Below, piece by piece: positions 37,226-64,000 of a DNA stretch of 64,000 bases; the stretch's first letter is position 1, and every line of letters begins with the position of its first letter. Below the pieces are notes generated by a model. That model did not search any database and had not been told where the DNA came from. It was given only the letters and a program-made list of their open reading frames with translations. Made by a program: the position numbers and the translations under genes. Source of the DNA: Macrostomum lignano (lineage: Eukaryota); assembly GCA_002269645.1 (NCBI GenBank), contig NIVC01000692.1:247950-311949 (forward strand), read 5' to 3'.

Positions 37226-40200
37226 GGCAAGCAAACTTTGGCAAATAAAGCTTGGCAAGCAAACTTTGGCAGGCAAAATTCCGCAAGCAAAGTTTGGCAA
37301 GCAGACTTCGGCAAGCAAAATTCTGCAAGCAGAAGTCCCGCAAGCAAACTTTGGCAAGCAAACTTCTCGCAAGCAAATTTCATAGACCCTATATAGGCCC
37401 TATAGGCCATATAGCCTATAGGGTTAATATAATAGGCTTATTAATATTAATATTAACAATGAACTAAATTGACTAAAAATTTCATTTATATTTAAAAAAA
37501 CACTTAAAATCCAAAGTGTAGGAAATTGCTCTATTTACTAAGTATTCATAGGCTCTAATTTAAAAACTTTGTTTTATAAAATATTTGCTAAGCTTTTAAA
37601 AGCAATAGGCCTTATAACAAAACACAATATAGGCCTAGTCTTACTATTTAATGTATTCATATCATGCAATTAATATTAATAATTATAATTAATTTATTAA
37701 ATATTATATTTATAATACAATTTGCCTAAAATTTTTAAAGGATTTTTTTTATAAAGAATACTATTAAGTGAAGACTCTGACAAGCTGAAAAATGGGGTCA
37801 AAAGTTGCAGAAAAATGTAAAATAGTGCCTATTGTAAAATTAAAATAGAGCCAGTATGCAAACAAACCAGAAAAAATGAAATACACATGACAAACTAGAC
37901 CAAAAATGGACCACAATAGTTTTTAAACTATTTTAAAATGTGCAACACAAGCCAAGTTATGTTAGACAGAAGTTTGGCTACTTTTTGATAGAAAAACCAA
38001 AGTGAGGATGCAACTTAAAAAAAAACTGATGTTTTGGAAAATTGAAATTTAAAGTAAATTAAGCCCATTTAAACACAAACAAAGAACAGATATGAGTAGA
38101 GTAGCAATTAAAGTGTATTCAAGGACAAAACAGCAACCATTTTTTCCTAACATCCTTATTTGGCTAGTGAAAATTTTGTTTTCTATTTTTCAAACCCTTC
38201 TAATAACAGCAATGAATTCAATGTGTTTGGTTACAAACAGGGCCTTGTGGAGTGTATCAATTGCAATCAAGGCATCCAAAAAGGTGTTCCTACAAAGCAG
38301 TCTCATGTTATTGTTTTTGCACTGAATGTCCATAGGCAATTAAAAAATAGTGTTTTTTTCATTATGGAAAAGAAGCAACAAAGTTTTGAAAGCTGTTTCT
38401 AGCATAGATTTCATATCTGAATACAATGCAATAATTGGTTTGAGTGTAAAGTGTCCCGCATAGGCATTTTTTTCATTTGAAGTTTTTTTGAAGCTACTAA
38501 CAGTAGGAAAATGAGAATTTTTTACTATTTTTTGCAAGAGAGCAAAACTTTTGTTTATTTTTTTTACTTCTTATTTCTTCTGTTTTATTATCCAAAATGG
38601 GATACAAACAAGAGGAAACAATGCCAGATCTTCCCACAACCCCAATAATGGTACTGATGGTTTGGGTAAATGGCAAGAATAAATACCTCATCATCTAATT
38701 AGTACTCCTTTCCTAATTTTAAGTACTAATTAGATGGGCATTTTTGCAACTTACCTTGGCTAGACCACTTGCCAGATAGATAGATTGGCTTGGTGTTAAA
38801 CCTGGATAATCTATATAGTATAATGAAAAAATGGAATAATTGTGGTCTGAGGATTAAAATTCCATTTATGGCACCTCATTATTTTGAGAATAGAAAAAAA
38901 CTATCAATTGTATTTTGCAAAAACCTAATACAAAAAATCTATAAGAAAAATGCTAAAAATGACACAAAGTTCATAAAATTTGGTATAGCAAAAAAGTTAC
39001 AGCATAAAGAACTCAAATAAATCATTTTTTGGTCAAAATGATCACAGTCCTAATGTAAATTTCCCATAAGGAAACCCAATTTTTTTCATTAAAAATTGAA
39101 TAACTTTTTTATTCCTCAACCAAATTTAACAAATGAGACCATTTTGGACTTCTGTCACATAGATCTATCTAGCTAAAAAAATTGTAGAAATATAAAATTT
39201 CAAAATCTCACTGGAGTCACTAAACTAAGGAATTTGTCCAATGTTATATTTTATTTTGTCTTTATTATCAATACATAAAACTACATCTAATAATAGCAAA
39301 AGTGGAGGTAAAGCAGATTTGTCTTATTATGAATCTATCATAGTCTCAAAGTTATCAGGTGTATATTAGAAAGTGGCTTTGAAAAACCTGTATACTATAC
39401 TAAAAAGTTGCAAAGATTAGGGGATTCCACAGATACTAGAATAAATAGATATGTCACTTGTAAAAATATGTTTTTTTTCTTTTATTCAATAGCAAAATTA
39501 GTGTATTTTATTTTACCCAATAATAAAAGTTTTTGAAACTGCAAATGTGTCCGCCTTTCTATAAGTAAAACAATTAAATAAGCATGTTTGGCTAGTTATA
39601 AGCTAATTATCTTATCCAAACATTTTGTAGTCTTAAGTCTTAAATTTGTTTCTTTTTAAATTGGTAAAACTAGTTATTGCTTAAATAAATTTCTTTATTT
39701 CACAAACTGCACACCACTTGTAAGCAGCAGCTTTCAATCTGTGCATCTTTTCCTTGCATCAATGGTGCAACTATAAGTGAACAAATGATAGATGATACTG
39801 TTGTGCACATCAGAAAAAATGTGCACTGAAAGTTAGAAATTTGATTTTATTTGCTGATTTTCTAGGCCTGTGGCAAGTTTCTGTTTCAGTAGCATCAGAG
39901 TTATTGAGTAGACTCTTAGTAATTTGAAGAACTGACATGTCTAGCACTTATGTTTAGACTCTGAAAGAAGGGGTAGCTGCCAATCTTTTCTGAGCATCCT
40001 TTATATGGCTGGGCTTTTATGGTAGAGCCTTATTGAAGCAGTGAGGTTATCCTTTGACCATCTCACACCATGAGCTGCAATGAAGTGAAGCTTCTTACTA
40101 TCTGTAACCATACAACCAATTATAGTATTTCCAAACTTAATTGTCTTAGCCTTTGTTGCTATAGGTGCTTGATGGTCACTTGCTATCTGCTCATGCATTG

Positions 40201-40490
40201 ACTTAGCTGTATTAAAGTCTTGGTTGCATGCTCAATAATCATGGTAGCTTTTGCAACATACTAGTTTCTATACTACATAGATGGTGGTTATAGACTTAGA
40301 TGAGACATTGCTACTGCCACTGGATCTTTTTCTCAATGCTCAAGCTGAGGTAGGTAGGCTTTTTCTACTTTTTTGTTGTTTCTATCTATTATAGGTTTGA
40401 GATCATAATGACTCTAGCAAGGCATTGTCATTTCAAGGTATGGAAATAAAAGTAAGAATCAACATAATTTGTATTTATTTTGTATTATTG

Positions 40491-40530
40491 CCTATGCATT
40501 TCGTCCATTTGCATTAGGACATTGTCAGGG
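40491..40530 (-). ncRNA. Degenerate minimal type-I hammerhead ribozyme motif in the 3' pseudo-LTR
   Basis: CC-CTGACAAT-GTCC..GGAC-GAA-ATGCAT-A-GG on the minus strand; G8 appears changed to A. Confidence 0.55.
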
Positions 40531-42056
40531 TCTTTTTATTTAAGAAACAATTTGAACGAATATTCAGTATTCAGTATATATAGATAGTTGAGAGTACCAA
40601 GAGTAGTTGAATTGAGTTTTTAATTGATGGTTTAAAACTTGTACATAGTAATCAATTTTTTGATACAGTATTGGTTAGGTAAAGTGCATATCAGTTTCAA
40701 GCCAGTCCAGTCATTGACAAATCAGCTAAAAAATTCTGAGTTGACGGCTAGCCCCACCCATTGCAAGTTGGTTATTAACGTGGGCTGTTTGGTCTTAATG
40801 TACAGGGCTTCTAATAGGCAGAGCATGTGATCTCTATTACAAAAATCAATAGCCTTTATCATTTCGTGTGGTTCAGCCTCACAACAAGAATTGCAGGTTA
40901 GCAGGTGTTCATTAATAGCAGAGTTTTTTAGCCAGTGCTCTCTGACCCTTGTGTATAGGTGTCATTTAGTTTTTCCTATGTAGGAGATGCTCTGGTCCTC
41001 AGAGCAAACAAATTTATACACAACACCAGCAGCAAGAGGATGTGGAACCCTGGATTTCAACTTGCAGACAAACTTAGCAATCTTTTTGGTGCAAAACACA
41101 ACACGGATTTGAGTGTTTAAGTCTTTACAGAGCAGCTTTCTAACTTCTTTTTCAACTCTATAGAACAAACACCAAAGTAAGGCAAAGTGATTAAGGGACA
41201 TTCATAGGTGGAATCACGAACTTTCATCCGAGTAGGTTCAATCAGTTTGTCATTGAGAAAAGAGTTGACAATTTTCATCACAAAGTTCTTAGGATAGCCA
41301 TTGTAGCTGAGCAGATTGGTGAGGATTTCAACTTCGTTGTGGAAAAGTCTCCAAGAGCTGCAAGTGGAAAAAGCCCAGTGAAGAAAGCCACAAATCAATC
41401 CAGTTTTCCATTGTCTAGGGTACAAGGCATCAAACCTAAGCATAAGCCTGGTAAAGCTAGGTTTCCTATACACGCTGGTCGAAATAGTTTCATCAGTGGC
41501 GTCAACATCAATGTCTAAGAAAGGAAGTCTTCTGCCTCCCCCTTCCACCGTGAATTTGATATTCTCATGAGTAGAATTGATTAACTTAAAAAAACTCATC
41601 CTTCTTAGCTTCGTCCTCAAAGATTGCAAATGTGTCATTGACGTAGTGTTTGTAGAAGTGAGGCACACAAGGGAGGGCCATCCAGTCCTTTTCCCAGTGG
41701 GCCATGCACAAATTAGCGAGGGTTGGGGCAAGAGGGCTGCCCATGGCACACCCATCAATCTGTCTGTAATATTTGTCCCAAAAAAGAAAGATGCCAGAGG
41801 TGGCGAATTTGAGCATCTTCTTAAAAGTAGCTTTAGAGAAAGGAGGTAAATTGGTTTTTTCATACACAAGATCAGCAGCCAGCTCAATGGTGAATTCGAG
41901 AGGGATGTTGGTAAACAGCGAAACAACATCAAAGCTATAAAACCTGTCAGTTTGAGTTTTAAACCATCAATTAAAAACTCAATTCAACTACTCTTGGTAC
42001 TCTCAACTATCTATATATACTGAGTATTCATTCAAATTGTTTCTTAAATAAAAAGA

Positions 42057-42096
42057 CCCTGACAATGTCCTAATGCAAATGGACGAAATGCATTGG
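42057..42096 (+). ncRNA. Second copy of the hammerhead-like motif in the inverted pseudo-LTR
   Basis: CCCTGACAATGTCCTAATGCAAATGGACGAAATGCATTGG. Confidence 0.5.
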
Positions 42097-43493
42097 CAAT
42101 AAAACTAAATAAATACAATTTATGTTGATTCTTACTTTTATTTATCTTATCTTTATTAAGCAAGCCACTTTGCCCGAAAGGTATGGTAAGGTGTTCCAGC
42201 CTAGCTATGCTCTGGCATGGTGTCTTAAAGCTGGGTAATTGTAGGTGCTAGATAGGAAATGCAAGCTACAGACTTGCAAATTTTGTTTGCATATAGTTGC
42301 AAGTTCATGAATTCAAGCTCCAAAATCTACTACTAATGCTAAGCTACTTTATATATTGCTTGGAAAGCAATGAAGATGAATGGGCTGTCTAGCCTCCAGT
42401 AGTGACATTTAGCTAATTGTATATCCAGATGTGCAGCAACATTATGCACTTAGAATGATTAAGTAATTTTGTCAATGTCAATTGATTTAAAGCTAAGAAT
42501 TGCTATATAGAAGGTAACTATTAAAAAGTCTACAGTGTAAATACATTTTTCTAGTTCTTTCAACTACCAATAAGCATTTTATAGGTTAAAGTGTTACAGA
42601 TAGACCCTTGCTTGAAAGGGAGGAGAGGTTAAGTAGTTGATTGAGCAATCAACCCAAATTAAGTGTATGCATAGCAAGCAAGAGAGAAAGTGGTGGTGCC
42701 CCAGCCCCTAGCCTTCCTCTTGTTTGCTTGTGTGTGGTATTTACTAGAATTGCTGTTCTTTCATTAGCTGAGCTCGATTGGGCCTACCATTCTTAATCTC
42801 ATATGCTCCTAAGGCTGCAAACCCAAGGAAGGAAAGTAAATTTTACCTGCTATATTAATTTTAAATTATATTAGCATAGACAACTACTAAAAAAAGAATA
42901 GATATTCTACTTTTCACAATTTTAATTGAGTGACATCTACTTTGTAGTTATTCTAGTATTTGAAGGATAAAATAAATAAAACAACACTTATTATTACTAT
43001 AAGTGCTGTTTTTTAATAGAAAAAGTAATAAAACATGAACAACTTTTATCTTTTTTTCATATAAATTTTATAATTCTTTCTTTTATGTTAATGTAGTGCT
43101 CAGTAACTTTGCTTTTAAGCGCAATAACTTTGATTGTAACAAGTGCAATATGCAAAATTTTCAAATGAATTCATGCGTGTTTTTTGCAAAGAAAGCTGCA
43201 CACAAACTTTTTAGAGTCGCACAAGTTTGCCAGAAATGTGCATGCAAGTGCACAAGTTTTTGTTAGTGCACATCAGCGCATGGAATGTGTCCAGGATTTC
43301 TGGTTAGTAGTAGACACCAAGTAGAATTTTTATCTGATATTTTTATCCATTATCTGCACAGCTATATAATCTGATGATGTAGCTTGGGCTTTTTAGCTAT
43401 TCCCTTAGACTATTTTTAACTATTTTGTGATGTTTGTAGGGCTCCCCTCCATTAAATTGTCACTCCATCATCCTACTCAAGCAGCGCCGGTTA

Positions 43494-43565
43494 GCCGTGA
43501 TCGTATAGTGGTTAGTACTTCTCGTTGTGGCCGAGACAACCCAGGTTCGAATCCTGGTCACGGCA
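43494..43565 (+). tRNA. trnH-GTG: tRNA-His (GTG)
   Basis: Acceptor GCCGTGA/TCACGGC, anticodon stem TCTCG/CGAGA with loop TTGTGGC, T arm CCAGG-TTCGAAT-CCTGG; T6 run near 43611. Confidence 0.97.
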
Positions 43566-43824
43566 AGTAGCTGTGACATATATAGCTCTTGCATGGCACA
43601 GGGCGCTTTATTTTTTCTTTTGAAATCTCTCTGTTAAGTTGAGAGGCCTTATATTGTTTTCGATATATCCAAATATTTTTTGATTAATTAAATATTTACG
43701 TTAATTTTGACTTGCAAAATATAGTTCTGCCGATATGTATCGAATATTTTATAACAAGGCAGAAAAATACACATTTTTGACTGACAATTTCTTTCAAATT
43801 GCTGCCTCAGTCGGTACCAGCGAT

Positions 43825-61839
<18,015 letters not shown>

Positions 61840-62849
61840 CGTCGCTTGCGAAAATTCAATAATTAAAGTCTTTACTATTGATAATTGAAAAGTTTTTAAC
61901 TCGTTGAATTAAAATTTGCAGCTGTTTGTATTCAACTGATTTATTTAATATTTGTTGTATCGATAAACTACTACTATATTGTCTACGCTCGTATATTGTT
62001 ATTTGCTATTATAATACGAGTAATTATGTTTTTGTCAATCGTTGACCCCAGTGACCTCGGCATGTTGTCTGACTGTCCCGTGATTTATCAATCGGTTATA
62101 ACGATGCAATCATACTTCAGTATGAGTGCGAGTTTTCTTTTTCAAAGGTTCTTCAAACAAATTTTACTATAACAGTGTAACAGAAGCATTGCCATTTTTA
62201 ACTTTACCCGCACGCACTCCCCGTGCCAGTTTGAGTTGCTGCTCGTGTCCGTCTTTTACGAGCAAGTATTCTGCTTCTCTGTGCAATTTTCCGTGTTGTC
62301 TGCTTTAATCCGCTTTTCTAAATAGCAATTTTTATACTTAGCCTAACTGTCAAACTAATAGTTAATAAATCAGCTCCGAGCACTGCAGCTACTAATAGTA
62401 GTTATGCAGCGCCAGAAAAACTCGCTGTGCCGTTTAGGCGTTCAGTTCTGTTGTGCATAAATTGCTAAGAGATGCTTTTTGTTTGTTATTTTACGAGGCA
62501 AAAAAACATAAAGCCACTTAAAAGCATGAAAGCTGGTTTACAGGACAAACACTTTTGACTCAAAGAGAAAAAATAGAATGAAAAAAGTAGACAGCACTTT
62601 GTGTGTATTTCCTTGCTATGTAGCGGGCGTCAAGCGCGGCTTGTAAGCGACAGTCAATTCTGATTAATCATCTATCTTTGCTAGCAGATAAAAATAAATT
62701 AAATATTGGCCGAGAGGCAAGCAGTACAAGAAAATAAATTTGCATTGACCGACTTTTGTGTGGAGCAGCAGAGCGGGGATGGCCTCGGTCAGTCACGGGT
62801 CCACGACACAAACTGACTGCCGGGCTTAAAGCCACAGATACAAGAATAA

Positions 62850-63297
62850 CTAGATGGGCCACTCAGGCAAATATACTTAGCAAAACAGCTTTCAACTTTC
62901 AGTTCAGTAGCATTGAATAATACATAAGCTATTTTATAAGAATTTAGGAATAAAGGCAGGCAGCTGATCAGCCGATCGAAATGACTGATAAGTTTAGAAG
63001 CCAAGCTTGCAGACGTAAACAGCTTACTAATTGGTTGAACCATAATGTACATTAACCACTGTCAAAATATACATGGGAGATTTAGACTGGAACAACGGAG
63101 GAAGGTAAGAAAGATTGGGTAGCGGGGCAGGGGTATAGGTTCTTTGTGGAGTGAGGGTTTAATTAAGCTTTGGGGGGGGGGTAAGAGCCAATAAAAATAA
63201 GCCTTGTCTTTAAAATACATTTAAATGCTCCAGTTAACCTTACTACTGAACTGAAAGTAGCTTGCACGCAAATGTGCTGAGTGGCCTATCTATCTAG
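62850..63297. mobile_element. MITE-like element, copy 2 (family of 45788-46107)
   Basis: CTAGATGGGCCCACTC ... GAGTGGCCTATCTATCTAG; CAGTTCAGTAG / CTACTGAACTG; shared TAAGCTATTTTAT. Confidence 0.6.
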
Positions 63298-64000
63298 TTA
63301 TTTTAGTATCTGTGCCTAAACCTGAACCCTAATACCCTAATTAAGAAACCTAATCTCTAATAGTGGGCAGTTAATTGTCGCTGCCCCGTCGTCACAAACA
63401 GCTCGCATGCGGCTATGGCTAGTTAATCAAAGTGAATTATTTGGCGCAAAAATAGACTCCAATATGATTATAATAGTAGAATATATTAAAATAAATAATT
63501 GAGCATTGAAAGCAAGCCAGACAGCGAGTTAAACATGCACACAATCAGAAGATTCATATTGGCCAAGATACACATGAAAATCGCGACAAAAAACAGGCAG
63601 ATAATTCACGTACAACATGGTAGAGAGCCTTCACGAATAGTACAAGACGAAACAAAGACTCTTGGGCGGGCTTGAGTGCAAATTAAATTCAATAATTCAT
63701 TGATATTAGAAGCCTTGCTTGGCGGTGAGTGTATAAATTTGCTGGACAAAGAAGACTGATTCGAATTAATTAGACAAGCGAGAATGGCTCGATAAGATCT
63801 TGCGTTGCAGACTTTGGCTGTGAAAGGAAGACCAAACTCTCAGTGCGGTAATCCGTACTACTAATAGTACAAAGATCATATATAAACACAAGACAGGTAA
63901 TGTGTAAATATTACCTTCTTATAGCAGTTAACTAATAAGGGCCCATCTTGTGATTACATATAACCTTTGGTACAATACGATTAGTAGTAGTAACTATTAT

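Larger units (their letters stand above)
33623..37389. mobile_element. Fold-back element with long arms of 15-bp subrepeats (TTTGCTTGC / GCAAGCAAA), hosting a mariner and a LINE
   Basis: Left arm about 33630-34040; right arm about 35815-35900 plus 37226-37380, split by the LINE; arms are reverse complements. Confidence 0.75.
40444..42143 (-). mobile_element. Penelope-like element, 5'-truncated, RT plus GIY-YIG, with about 196-bp inverted pseudo-LTRs; frameshifted
   Basis: SFDVVSLFTNIP, GCAMGSPLAPTLAN, YVNDTF, LPFLD, VYRKP, NGYP, VVYKFVC...YIGKTK; 40444-40639 is the reverse complement of 41955-42143. Confidence 0.92.

Noticed and set aside
43735-43824. N-terminal extension of CHD from ATG 43735
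   Set aside because: AT-rich, non-coding-like sequence ending in a candidate acceptor; ATG 43825 is preferred, though not proven.

Overview
Eukaryotic (animal) genomic DNA, very rich in tandem repeats. Its style resembles a free-living flatworm such as Macrostomum, but that is an inference from composition, not a database result. Two spliced + strand genes could be built by hand with GT-AG junctions and consistent phases: a 6-exon L-type amino-acid transporter light chain (SLC7/LAT, 3112-7993, 497 aa) and a 10-exon Mi-2/CHD3-4-5 chromatin remodeller (43825-61839, 1862 aa). There is also an orphan single-TM polyQ ORF (18856-19974) and an intact tRNA-His(GTG). The rest is about 18 tandem arrays plus mobile elements: a CORE-type SINE, hAT-type MITEs (one nested in its own copy), a 1.3-kb mariner with D,D34N, a 5'-truncated RTE-like LINE, a Penelope-like element with inverted pseudo-LTRs carrying degenerate hammerhead motifs, and fold-back elements. 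The strongest leads are: (1) a 2.5-kb TIR element in CHD intron 7 carrying a frameshifted but recognisable USP (peptidase C19) deubiquitinase domain; (2) TA-to-TAGGCCTA micro-insertions shown by aligning two paralogous MITE copies; (3) a 24-bp array whose variation looks codon-constrained (IIALDKPR repeats) and which is bounded by candidate splice sites. All coordinates were read by eye; repeat boundaries may be off by some bases.
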